In this document: piece after piece, positions 36,037 through 45,030 of the stretch
Layout of the letters: every line of letters begins with the position of its first letter
How positions within the stretch are numbered: position 1 is the stretch's first letter
IMG/VR virus record: IMGVR_UViG_3300044466_000036
Coordinates: 1-45,030 of that record
Direction: 5' to 3' (one strand)
DNA length: 45,030 bases
DNA from: a virus
Taxonomy: Duplodnaviria > Caudoviricetes
Made by a program: the position numbers and the translations under genes
The notes under the pieces: model-generated
Seen by the model: the letters and a program-made list of their open reading frames with translations, nothing else
What the model was told of the DNA's origin: nothing
Databases searched by the model: none

Positions 36037-36695
36037 AGCCGCCTCCTCGCCTGGTAGAGGGGGGCACCCGCGTCCATCCGGCCCGGCTGTGCGAGGTACA
36101 ACTCATCCCAGGGCGCCTTGTCGTGGTCCGGGTGCAGGTGCTCCACGTGGGAGTCGAGTGCCATAGCCCAGGCACAGCGGTGTTTTGCTGTGCCCACGAG
36201 CTCGTCATCGACGTACTCGTGGGGGTAGCCCTCGTGGAGGATCTCGCCCGGCCGGTCGATGGCGCCGTGCTGGTCGGCGTAGGCGCGGGTGACGAGACTG
36301 TGGGTGGCGTGCTCGCCCGCCACGACCCTGGGCGACCCGAGGTCGTTGGTGCCTACCACGCCGATGCCAGGGGCCAGCTTCGCGGCGGCGGCCTCTAGCC
36401 AGCCCGGGTGGAAGTGCAGGTCATCCGCGCCCAAAAAGAGCAGCTCCTCGGTGGTGGCCCGGCACCCGGCGTTGATCTTGCGGGCGTAGTCGCCGACCGG
36501 CTCCCGGGCCACCATGATGTGCTCGCACCCGGCCGCGTCTACGGCGGCGAGTACCTGGTCATCCCCGGGCGACAGGCAAAACAGCACCCGCGCGTCACAC
36601 GTCGCGCGGATCGACGCCAGCAGTGGCGCGGCCCGGTGGGGCCGGCCCAGCATCGGCACAAGGATGACCAGTCTCACGCGTCGGATCTTACCCAC
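36015..36695 (-). CDS. glycosyltransferase family 2
   Basis: ILVPMLGRP, KINAG, LGADD, YVDDE, VEHLHP motifs. Confidence 0.85.
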   Translation of the reverse strand: MGKIRRVRLVILVPMLGRPHRAAPLLASIRATCDARVLFCLSPGDDQVLAAVDAAGCEHIMVAREPVGDYARKINAGCRATTEELLFLGADDLHFHPGWLEAAAAKLAPGIGVVGTNDLGSPRVVAGEHATHSLVTRAYADQHGAIDRPGEILHEGYPHEYVDDELVGTAKHRCAWAMALDSHVEHLHPDHDKAPWDELYLAQPGRMDAGAPLYQARRRLWMRPLR

Positions 36696-37056
36696 GGCGC
36701 CGGCGAGTCCGACCTGACAGCGCCACTACCCGACAACGGCGGTGAGGCCGAGGCCCAGGACGTGCACAAGGCCGGCGAGCGGGCCACCTCACGCAAGGCC
36801 GACGTGGACGCCGGCTGGAGATGTGGGTCCTCCAGCCCCGGCAGCCTGCCGCCGGAGGGAGCGAAGGGAGGAGACCCCTAGCGGGTCGCTCCCTCGGTGC
36901 TCCCTCCGGCGCACCGCCCCTACCCGATCTTGACGAAGGGAGCGGTCACGGGCTCATGGCCGCGCGGACGAGAGCTACCAGATCCTCGGCGGGTAGCCCC
37001 GCGAGCCGCGCCCGCCGGGCCGCCATGAGTGCCAGCTGGGCGATCAGGCATTCCTG

Positions 37057-37089
37057 CCACTTGACGTCAAGTGGGATCTTGACGTCAAG
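37057..37089. promoter_or_regulatory. tandem palindromic operator-like site
   Basis: CTTGACGTCAAG at 37060-37071 and 37078-37089; first extends to an 18-bp palindrome. Confidence 0.6.
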
Positions 37090-38064
37090 TTATGCCGGGT
37101 GCCACGCCTCCACCCACGCTGGGAGCCACCGGCTGATCGTGTACGCGGCGGCGACCTGACGTGCTTTAGCGCCCATCTCCTCCCGCATCGCCGTGTCCTC
37201 TACCAGCATGCGGAGGTATTTGTCCCACTCATAGTCGCGGCGTACCAAATATCCCGTTTCTCCGTGGCGGACGTACTCCTCGTAGGGCCGTGCGGCGGTC
37301 GCGACTACGGGGATGCCCAGCGCGGCGTACTCAAGCGCTTTTATGTGCGATTTGGACCGGTTGAAAATGGTCCATTGCAGCGGGGCGATGCCGATATCGA
37401 AATCGATGGCCTGGTAGTAGCCGTCGAGCCCGTGGACCCACGGGGTGTGACGGTACGGCGGCCACGATGGCGTGGGGAACCTGGACCCGATGAGGTGCAG
37501 ATCAACATGCCGGTTGCGGGCCAAAAACCGGCGCAACGGCCCCCGGATAACAGGCCAGTCCGCGACGTGGATGCCGGGGGTCCATCCGATCGTGACCCTG
37601 TCTCTCCTGGGCCGGGTGAGGGTGAGGAGGTAGTCCGGAACCGCGTTAGGAACAACAACCACATTCGGGTTGTAAACGGACATGACCTCGGCGAGGGCGT
37701 TGGTGGACACGGTGACCCTGCCCGCAGCGGCGGCGTTGGCGACAATGTTGGCCCGGATGACGGGGTCGGCGTAGATCGGCGCAGCCGGGGTGCCCGGGTC
37801 GACGTTGAGGAGATCATCGTCAACCTCGTACACGAGCCACCGGCCGGTCCGAGCCATGGCCTGCCACCTCTCGGTGGGTGCGGGTTTGCACACCCGCTGC
37901 CCGGCGATGGTGTCGGCGCTGGTGATCCAGTCGGCGGTGATGCGGACGTCGTGGCCGGTGTCGTGGCCGGCCTGGGCGGCAGCGTTGAGGGGCATCTCGA
38001 CGCGGTAGCGGTAGCTGCCGTCCTCCACGGTCGCCGCCCAGCCGAAAACTCTCACGGGCGCCAC
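37090..38064 (-). CDS. glycosyltransferase GT-B fold (GT4-like)
   Basis: YEVDDD, DIGIAPL, FNRSKSHIKALEYAALGIPVVA, GETGYLV. Confidence 0.9.
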   Translation of the reverse strand: MAPVRVFGWAATVEDGSYRYRVEMPLNAAAQAGHDTGHDVRITADWITSADTIAGQRVCKPAPTERWQAMARTGRWLVYEVDDDLLNVDPGTPAAPIYADPVIRANIVANAAAAGRVTVSTNALAEVMSVYNPNVVVVPNAVPDYLLTLTRPRRDRVTIGWTPGIHVADWPVIRGPLRRFLARNRHVDLHLIGSRFPTPSWPPYRHTPWVHGLDGYYQAIDFDIGIAPLQWTIFNRSKSHIKALEYAALGIPVVATAARPYEEYVRHGETGYLVRRDYEWDKYLRMLVEDTAMREEMGAKARQVAAAYTISRWLPAWVEAWHPA

Positions 38065-38354
38065 GCCTCCTGGTAACCGGGCTGGTCCGCGTCAACGGGG
38101 CCCGCGCTGGCCGGGTCTGGGGTGATGGCCAGCCCCTGGGTCCACTGGCGCGTAGGCGGCGGTTACGCACGCAACAGGTCTCCGCGCCGTCACCCCTGTA
38201 CTCCTCCACGTCGTGGCGCATGTACAGGTGACCACACGGGCAGTAAGCCCAAGGTCCGTAGTCTACCAGCCCCCCGTCACCAGATCATGCCGTACATCTC
38301 CTCAGCCATCTCGTAGGCGTGCCTATAACTGCCTGCCATCATCACTCCTCCTCG

Positions 38355-39203
38355 TTACCCGTCCGCAGCCTCAGCTACGGCTGTGGACTCGGCAACCATC
38401 CGCGCCAGCCTCGCACCCAACCGCAACCACGTTGACGCCGGCCACCTGTGGCTATCGACGTGATTGCACAACAACTCGGCCGGCAACCGGTCATCCCTGG
38501 GCCGGATCACCGTCCACAACCAGCCGGGGCACGGCACCGGCACCCCATCGGCGAGCATCAACTCAGGGCAGGACGCGACATCACCACCGGGTGTGCGGAC
38601 GGGCCACACCCGCACCCCTGACGGGTACGCCACCCCATAGGTGTCCCGCACTAGGTTGCGGAGGGTCTGGGCGTGCTCGCCTGCGGCGGGGTGCGCGGCG
38701 AGCCACCTGGCGTGCCTGGTGATGAGGGCGGCGAGGGCGGGTACGCGGGTGTCCCAGTAGGCCGCGCCGCGCCTGAGGGGCATCGGCCCGACGAGGCCCT
38801 CGGGGCGGAGTTGGGCGGTGAGGATCCGGGCGGTGGGTAGGTGTGTGCCCCGTTCGGTGGTGATGAGGCGGGCGAGTCCACCCAACTCGTCGCGGATGCG
38901 GGTGCGGGCGTCGACTGCGGCCATGTTGAGCCGCAGGTTGGGGTCCCCGGCGGCTGCTGTGACCCGTTCGGCGCCGGGGGTTGCGGTGCCGGTGAGGGCG
39001 TGGCCGAGGGCTTGGTGGCGGCCGGTGAGGGTGGTTGGGTCCTCGGCGAGGAGGCGGGCGCAGAGGTCGCAGAGGTAGATGCCGTCGGCGGGTATGCGGG
39101 GGAGGCAGCCCCTGCAGTCGGTGTTGTCGGGGCAGTCGGTGTGCCTGCCACGGTGTGGGGGGCAGGTTGGGGATGCGCATTGGAGTGCGCGGGCGTGGGG
39201 CAT
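38355..39203 (-). CDS. Cys-rich hypothetical protein (possible late-gene regulator)
   Basis: CxxC pairs at N-terminus, CP...CPG...C...H.W at C-terminus. Confidence 0.6.
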   Translation of the reverse strand: MPHARALQCASPTCPPHRGRHTDCPDNTDCRGCLPRIPADGIYLCDLCARLLAEDPTTLTGRHQALGHALTGTATPGAERVTAAAGDPNLRLNMAAVDARTRIRDELGGLARLITTERGTHLPTARILTAQLRPEGLVGPMPLRRGAAYWDTRVPALAALITRHARWLAAHPAAGEHAQTLRNLVRDTYGVAYPSGVRVWPVRTPGGDVASCPELMLADGVPVPCPGWLWTVIRPRDDRLPAELLCNHVDSHRWPASTWLRLGARLARMVAESTAVAEAADG

Positions 39204-39412
39204 CAGGCCGGTACCTGCCCCATGCCCCGGTCGGGGTCGCTGCGGGTCCAGGTGAGGGCGGGGGCGGGGGTGGTGTACGCGTATGTGTCGTCGTCGGCGG
39301 CGGGGACGAAGCGCTCGGCGAGTACGGTGATGTACTCGCCGAGCCCCGACGAGTAGTAGGTCAGGGTGGGGTCGTCGGCGGTGGTTTGGTCAGTGCCCAT
39401 CCAGGGCCTCAT
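39203..39412 (-). CDS. hypothetical protein
   Basis: TGATG-coupled to downstream gene. Confidence 0.5.
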   Translation of the reverse strand: MRPWMGTDQTTADDPTLTYYSSGLGEYITVLAERFVPAADDDTYAYTTPAPALTWTRSDPDRGMGQVPA

Positions 39413-39538
39413 CTCTATGTGGCCTCAACGGGCTGCGGGATGTGGGCGATGGCGGGCAGGACGTTTTCCTCGACCACGGGCCTACCGGGCCGTCGATCGG
39501 GCACCGGGCGGTGATGGTGCCGACCTCCATGCCGCCGC

Positions 39539-40288
39539 CTATCCACACGGAGATGCCGCAGCGGTTTCATCGGCGACCACCCCCCTAACCGGCGCCGTCA
39601 GTTCCCCGATCTCCCGCGCCAACAACGCCGGCAACAACGCCGCCTGCCCGGCACTCAAACCCAGCCCCGCCATCACCCGCCCGAACACAGCATGCATCAC
39701 GTCAGCCTGACGCTCCGCCAACCTGAGCTGCCGCTCAGACGCTTCACTTCCCCCACAAACCCTCACAACATCCACCAGATGCTTACGCTCCCGCATGTAC
39801 AGCTCATGCCACACACTCGGCCGGGCCGCCCGTGTGAAGTCGATGCCCGGGTACTCACCGCTGCCCCGGTTGACCTCATCCGTCACACCCCACACCAGGG
39901 CACTGGCGTCCAGCTCGGCCACCTGGTCGCGGAGCCACCGCACATGCCCCACCGTGTGCCGCAACTCTTCCAACAGGGCATCCGTCCAGTGGATGTCAAC
40001 CGGCAGGCCCATCGTCCTGACAGCGGCCTCAGCCGCAGCAGCCTCCACGCGGTGCCGCCCGGCTCGTTTCGCCACGGCTGACCGGCCGCCGTGGGCCTGG
40101 CACACAGACAGCCCCGCGATGGGGGGCAGGGTACACCCAGCCCCTCCTTTCGCGGCTTTTTTGTGCCCTGTGCAGGCCGGCCCACCATGCCTGGTCAGGT
40201 GAACTTGTCCGCATTTGTCGCAGATGACGGGTTTTTCGGGGGTCTTACTCACGATAGGTATGACCTGACCTTTCTGGTGATAGGCCAT
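39539..40288 (-). CDS. HGG-motif Zn-binding protein, candidate terminase small subunit
   Basis: CDKC..H, C....GLSVCQAHGG, ELYMRERKHL helical C-terminus. Confidence 0.6.
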   Translation of the reverse strand: MAYHQKGQVIPIVSKTPEKPVICDKCGQVHLTRHGGPACTGHKKAAKGGAGCTLPPIAGLSVCQAHGGRSAVAKRAGRHRVEAAAAEAAVRTMGLPVDIHWTDALLEELRHTVGHVRWLRDQVAELDASALVWGVTDEVNRGSGEYPGIDFTRAARPSVWHELYMRERKHLVDVVRVCGGSEASERQLRLAERQADVMHAVFGRVMAGLGLSAGQAALLPALLAREIGELTAPVRGVVADETAAASPCG

Positions 40289-40340
40289 GATAGGTCAGAC
40301 GTTTCTGGCCCGACCCCCCCGGCAACTGCCGTGATGGCGC

Positions 40341-41486
40341 TCATGTCCTCGCCTCCCGCGCCGCGTACTCGTCAACGGCGGCGGCGAGGCCGTTGCGCCG
40401 TACGGCGTCCCGCCAGGCTGCAACGGCGTCCAGTTGGGCTTCCGTCCCGGCATTCTCGCCGAGATCCTCGCTAGGCCAGATGACACGTGTTGCCCCGCCG
40501 CGTCCGTGGACGGCCTCGACGGCCTCGATGCACTCGTAAACGACTGTGGACGGCCATTGACCCGTCCAGCGCAGCACCACGGTGCCGTCTGGCCACTCGG
40601 CGCCGAGCGCGACGGTGTCGGGGGCGCTGACGTCGGTTTCGCGAACCAGGGAGAACGGGCGCGGCGCCTCTCCGCGATGGTCGAATATGACGCTGGGCAG
40701 GCGTTTGCCCTTCTCGGCTGCCAGGTCCCACCGAGTGTTGTCCAGCGCCGCTATGGCGGCGGCGACCACGACGCCGGCGGGGCGGACCGCCGGGAGCCAG
40801 ATGCCGCGCGTCTCCAGCATGGTCGCCAAAAGGCTTATCGTGGCCTGCGTGGCGGCGAGCCGGCGGCCCATTTTGACCATCTCGTGCGACTGTGCCCAGG
40901 CCCGGCGTGCCCACGCCAGTGTCTCGGCCGACCATTCGGGCCCGCCGTGTGGCGGGCATCGACGATAGGCCGTTTCGCAGTCGTCGCAGTCGTCGCTCGG
41001 CACCCTTTCCCCTTGCGGCGCAAGGGTTTCCGCCCCTTCGCTGGGGCAGTCGTCGCAGTCGTCGCCGTCCCCGCAGTCGCAACAGTTATCCCCATCCTGC
41101 GGGCATGTCGCGGGGCCCGCCAGGGCATGCCGTAGACAGCCGGCGGGTTTGTCCTCTCGGGATGCGACGTACATCCGCCGCCACGACCCCTGGGCGGCGG
41201 CGGACCCGCAGCAGCACCGACCCCAGTCGGGCGGGTTTAGGAGGCAGGGGTGGACTTGGCCACATTCGTGCAGCCAGTAGTAGCCGTCGGGCTCGGCGGG
41301 CTCGCAGCAGGTCGGGGCGGCGAGCACGCGGGCGGTGGCGGTAACGGTGTACGTGTCCGTGGGGCTCTCTGTGGTGTTTGGAGTGGCTGGGGTGGTCACG
41401 TGTACCTCCATGGTGTGATCTTGGCTTAGCGCGGACGTCAGACCGGCTTGCGGGGGTGTCCAGTGGCGGGCCAGCAGCTCGCGCAC
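40341..41486 (-). CDS. composite hypothetical protein (Cys-rich N-part, conserved actinophage C-terminal domain)
   Basis: C-terminal FSLVRETDVS...WPDGTVVLRW...HG.GG.TRVIW; start uncertain. Confidence 0.55.
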   Translation of the reverse strand: MRELLARHWTPPQAGLTSALSQDHTMEVHVTTPATPNTTESPTDTYTVTATARVLAAPTCCEPAEPDGYYWLHECGQVHPCLLNPPDWGRCCCGSAAAQGSWRRMYVASREDKPAGCLRHALAGPATCPQDGDNCCDCGDGDDCDDCPSEGAETLAPQGERVPSDDCDDCETAYRRCPPHGGPEWSAETLAWARRAWAQSHEMVKMGRRLAATQATISLLATMLETRGIWLPAVRPAGVVVAAAIAALDNTRWDLAAEKGKRLPSVIFDHRGEAPRPFSLVRETDVSAPDTVALGAEWPDGTVVLRWTGQWPSTVVYECIEAVEAVHGRGGATRVIWPSEDLGENAGTEAQLDAVAAWRDAVRRNGLAAAVDEYAAREART

Positions 41487-41821
41487 CAGTCAGGGCGCTG
41501 GCAGCATGCGGCCGTGGCGGTCGAGACGGCGACGTGGCTGGCCAGCCACGCCCCGCATGCGGTGCGCCTGGCGTCCAGGGGGATGCGCCTGTGGATGGTG
41601 ACGCCCTGGGCGCCGGGGACGCACACGGCGTGGTGCAGGTGCGGCGGGAGGCGTGACTCCCACCGCGGCTGGGGTGCCACCGGGTGGCCGGTGACCTCGG
41701 CGAGCCGGTTGTAAATGGTGCTGGGGGAGCACCTGTGGCGGGCGGCGATCCGGGTCATGGTCTCGCCGGCGGCGTGCATGGCGATGATGGCCTGGGTGTC
41801 GAGGTTGAGGCGGCGGGTCAC
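41438..41821 (-). CDS. HTH DNA-binding protein
   Basis: GETMTRIAARHRCSPSTIYNRL; start estimated at GTG 41821. Confidence 0.6.
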   Translation of the reverse strand: MTRRLNLDTQAIIAMHAAGETMTRIAARHRCSPSTIYNRLAEVTGHPVAPQPRWESRLPPHLHHAVCVPGAQGVTIHRRIPLDARRTACGAWLASHVAVSTATAACCQRPDWCASCWPATGHPRKPV

Positions 41822-42199
41822 TTGCTGCCGCCCCCGTCTCGTGGTCGCGCCGGGTCGTAGGTCGTGGCGGCCCGCTGCCCGTCCGGGTCGATGCCATCCG
41901 GGCCGACCCGGTAGCCGTCGTCGTGGCCTCGCTGGTACCTGTGGGCAGCAGTGTCGAAATCGGTCACGGTCTTGTCCTCTCTTCGTCGCCGGGTACCTGG
42001 CGCTGATCAGCACCGGTCAACCCGGGTCAGTGCTTGTAGTTGTCGCGGATGAAGTCGCTGGCCATGCCCCAGCCGGCACCAAATTCGTCACCGTGATCAC
42101 GGCGGATCGGCTGCAACCCATCCTGAAGGTCTCGTGACTGAGGGTGGCCCGGGGCGCGGCCGTGGTTTGCGAGGCCGTTGGGCCGCGCCCCGGGGCGGG

Positions 42200-42556
42200 T
42201 CAGTGCTGTGCGGACTTCAGTTCCGCGAGCTCGGCGCGCAGACGCTCCACCTCGGCCCGACGCTCCCGTTCAGCGGGTGCCTCGATGCCCGTGTACGCCT
42301 CGGCCTTGACGACGCCGATGTGGGCGTTCACGGCGTAGAGGTAAGTCCCGTTGATCATCTCGCGGTTAATGCCGTCCGTGCCGGCGATGGCCCGGCCGAT
42401 GACGTCGACCACGCGGATGGTCTCGTCGTCGCTCGTCGTGCACGGCTGGAGCGTGAGCCGGGCGTAGAAGTCCGGCATCGGGCCGGTGATGGTGTCGAGC
42501 ATGTCGGCGATGCGGCGCAGGTCGGCGGCGATGGCCGGCGGTGTCTTCGTGTTCAT
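42200..42556 (-). CDS. hypothetical protein
   Basis: GAGGAG RBS; coiled-coil C-terminus. Confidence 0.7.
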   Translation of the reverse strand: MNTKTPPAIAADLRRIADMLDTITGPMPDFYARLTLQPCTTSDDETIRVVDVIGRAIAGTDGINREMINGTYLYAVNAHIGVVKAEAYTGIEAPAERERRAEVERLRAELAELKSAQH

Positions 42557-42713
42557 GGCTGCTCCTCGGTTTCGAGTCCGGTCGTTGGTTTGGCGTGTGA
42601 GCTGGTTACTGGCCGATCAGCAGCGCGGCGACGAACAGCCAACCGATGTGCCACGACGGTTCTTCAGCACGTTGATTGCCCGCTTCCCGGCGGCGGCCGT
42701 GTCGGCCAGCCGG

Positions 42714-43805
42714 TTACTCGCGCGTGGGTGATGGGATTCCAGGTACGGGGTGGCCCGCCCTGGAATTGACCCCACAGACGATCTCGCTTTGGCAATACTC
42801 GCAATTGCCAGGCCTCAATGCGTGTGCGACTTTCTTGCGGTGGAATGGGATTACGTTGTCGTGGGTGTCGGGCCTGGTGTCGGGCTGGGTGGGTGCCGTT
42901 GCGGGTGCTATGGGCGCTGCCGCCTCGACGGGTCGGTCAGACTCCCTGGGGTGGGTCTCCGGCCCGCTCCAGGGGCCCGCTGGCGGCTCAGGGCGCGGCG
43001 GGGGTGGTACGGGGCTGGCCCCGCCAAATTCGCGCCGGCAGAGGGCGCATGAGGGCTGCCCGTCGGCACGCCGGCGGTGCTTGAGCCCGTGCCCGCACCT
43101 CGACGGGCCGGTCGGGCCGTCGAGGTGCGGGCGCTGCCCGGCCAACTCAACATCGAAATCGGTCGCTTGGTCTTGATCATTGCCGGCCGCGCGCGAAACG
43201 GTAACGGCCGCACCAAGATCAACCGATTCTTCCTCCTCTCGCTCCTCGTGGTTCCTCTTGGTTCCTCTGTCCGACGGATTCCGTCGGGCGTCAGTACCAC
43301 AAACCGTCGGGCGTGGGGACGGATTCCGTCGGGCGTCAGTACCACAAACCGTCGGGCGTTGTGGATCTTGGGAGCCTTCACGCCCGACGGATTCCGTCGG
43401 GCGTGAAGGCTCCTCGGCGGTGGCGACACTGAGGTTCAGGCCGTACCTAACAGTGCTCGGCGCGTCGCGTCGCGCCGATGCCCTGCGTTCGACCGTGAGC
43501 GCTCCGGCCGCCAGCAACGGCGTAATGCCTCGCTCCACCGCCCTGAGGTCTGTCTTTGTCACCGGGCCGGGACGACCCAGGGCGAGGGCGGCGAGGGCGG
43601 CGTGTCCCTGGCCGTACCAGGGGCTGGCGTCGCCGTCTCGCGACACGACAGCCATATACAGGAGCAGGACCATGGACAGCGGCGGGATTTTGCCGGCGTA
43701 TCTGGTATACGCCGCCATGACATTGGAGGCCCCCATCAGGCGCCACGCCCATTCATGCCACTCGCCGCGGTCTTTTTTCTGGCCCGGCAAATAGCGCAGC
43801 GGCAT
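42714..43805 (-). CDS. replication initiator-like protein with internal iterons
   Basis: N-terminal wHTH-like region, central DNA repeats, C-terminal C.HG...C.LC; true start may be ATG 43736. Confidence 0.7.
   Translation of the reverse strand: MPLRYLPGQKKDRGEWHEWAWRLMGASNVMAAYTRYAGKIPPLSMVLLLYMAVVSRDGDASPWYGQGHAALAALALGRPGPVTKTDLRAVERGITPLLAAGALTVERRASARRDAPSTVRYGLNLSVATAEEPSRPTESVGREGSQDPQRPTVCGTDARRNPSPRPTVCGTDARRNPSDRGTKRNHEEREEEESVDLGAAVTVSRAAGNDQDQATDFDVELAGQRPHLDGPTGPSRCGHGLKHRRRADGQPSCALCRREFGGASPVPPPPRPEPPAGPWSGPETHPRESDRPVEAAAPIAPATAPTQPDTRPDTHDNVIPFHRKKVAHALRPGNCEYCQSEIVCGVNSRAGHPVPGIPSPTRE
43271..43413. repeat. iteron cluster / putative origin inside rep gene
   Basis: 42-bp direct repeat 43273-43314 / 43318-43359; 43-bp perfect palindrome 43371-43413; core CCGTCGGGCGT. 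Confidence 0.9.
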
Positions 43806-44160
43806 TTATGCCTGTCGTAGCCGCTCGTGCCGTGCGGCTACGACAGGCATGTGCCCGTTTCGGTACGCGCGGACGGCGACGGTCACACGATCGGGTGCCG
43901 AACCCGCGTTTTTTGGACGCGGAGCGCCCGGCTGTGCCAACATGCACGGCAGGTCTCATCTCATCTCTTCGCTGGCGAGATGGGGTCAAGGCCGGGGTCA
44001 CGGGTGTGCCAACACTCGCCCGGCCGCCCCATGATCCTAGCCCGCGCGATACCACTGTGGTCATACACTCTCCCCGCTCGTTGTGCTAACACCAGCCGCG
44101 TGCCTACCGTGGGCCGCAGGTCACGCCACCAGCCCAGCCGCCGGGTACACCCCGGGCTCC

Positions 44161-44203
44161 GCGCCGCACCCCCGGACCCGCGCTCGGGCCGGGGGTGCGG
44201 CGC
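44161..44203 (-). terminator. 15-bp stem hairpin after gene stop
   Basis: GCGCCGCACCCCCGG...CCGGGGGTGCGGCGC; no U tract. Confidence 0.5.
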
Positions 44204-44207
44204 GCGA

Positions 44208-44759
44208 TCAGAGCAGCAGCCTCAGCGCGCGGGCCTCTGCGACCAGCACGCTAGCCAGACGGGGGTCGAACTCGATCACCCGCGCTATCGCGAGCGCGAG
44301 GTCTACCGCGTGGCCGCGATCCTCGATGGAGAGGAGGCCGTCCTCGTCAAGATCGTCCTCGGCGCGGGACGCGATGGCGCGGGACGCGATGCCGTCGCGG
44401 ACGAGCCTGATCGCGTACTGTTCCGTTTTCGTGCGAGACCGCGCCCCTGACTCGTTTCGCCGCGCCGCGGTCTCACCGCTGACGACGTAGTCATACGACT
44501 GGGCCAGTGCCTCAGCGGAGATGGGGTAGTACTCCCCGAGGCGGCCCCGCACGACATGGTGCCCCACAGGGCAGTCCACCCAGCACTCCTCCTGCGCGGC
44601 CCACACCTCCGCACCCTCCGCACCCGCCGCGACGCGGAACCCGGGCACACCCGGGTCTACCTCGCCGACCCACGCGGCGATCTCCGCTGCGGCGCGCCCG
44701 GTGCCGTCCCACAGGATCATGCTCACCGTGACCGGCTTTTTGCGGTATATCCCAAGCAT
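44208..44759 (-). CDS. conserved phage protein (YRKKPV family)
   Basis: YRKKPVTV...WDG...GHHVVRG..GEYYP.....F/L..SYD pattern. Confidence 0.7.
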   Translation of the reverse strand: MLGIYRKKPVTVSMILWDGTGRAAAEIAAWVGEVDPGVPGFRVAAGAEGAEVWAAQEECWVDCPVGHHVVRGRLGEYYPISAEALAQSYDYVVSGETAARRNESGARSRTKTEQYAIRLVRDGIASRAIASRAEDDLDEDGLLSIEDRGHAVDLALAIARVIEFDPRLASVLVAEARALRLLL

Positions 44760-45030
44760 TGACTCGCTCCATTGAGAGTTGGCGATTCCGTGTGCCGGGC
44801 CTTTACCGCGAGACGCCCGGATGCGTGTGAGGTGGCCGTTATCTGGTCGTGCCGCACGTGCCGCAGACAGTTGTCTGCCCCGGCCGGTCCACCCAGTCGT
44901 GGCCGGCGACGCGGCAATAGTCGGATCTCTCGGGGGGCGGAGGCGGGGGTTTTTCAGGCATGGTCGGCCCCCCCTGCAGGAGTGATCATCCGGCCGAACA
45001 GTGCGATGGCCTGGGTGTGCACCTCGAAGA

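Noticed and set aside
42023-42207. 12-bp direct repeat CGGGTCAGTGCT and 14-bp stem hairpin at 42148-42194 as a mobile element
   Set aside because: Too short, no transposase; consistent with ordinary gene-end hairpins in phage early regions

Overview
High-GC actinobacterial siphovirus-type (pro)phage or phage-plasmid genome segment. A Micromonosporales-like host is a guess from the endolysin type. Almost all genes lie on the minus strand, reading right to left: replication/early genes (45.0-38.3 kb), a five-glycosyltransferase cluster (38.1-33.9 kb), a mosaic accessory block (33.9-26.5 kb), then JAB protease, terminase, portal, MuF, scaffold, two giant multidomain head-region proteins, capsid, neck, tail with a -1 frameshift, tape measure, baseplate and lysis. 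The accessory block holds a Xer-like recombinase with a lox/dif-like site, truncated primase and HNH pieces with origin-like repeats, a resolvase, plasmid spd/kor-like genes and a cas-less type I-E CRISPR mini-array. Most notable observations: (1) the orphan 5-repeat mini-array, one spacer of which matches this same window at 27/33 nt with seed and PAM mismatches, and which abuts a tRNA 3'-half; (2) a leader motif (GxRAxGxPxYLLWG) shared by the scaffold and major capsid proteins, next to a JAB metalloprotease that may process it; (3) two polyvalent-type proteins carrying GrpE-like, GNAT-like and repeated helical domains. All product calls come from motif recognition by eye; no database searches were run.
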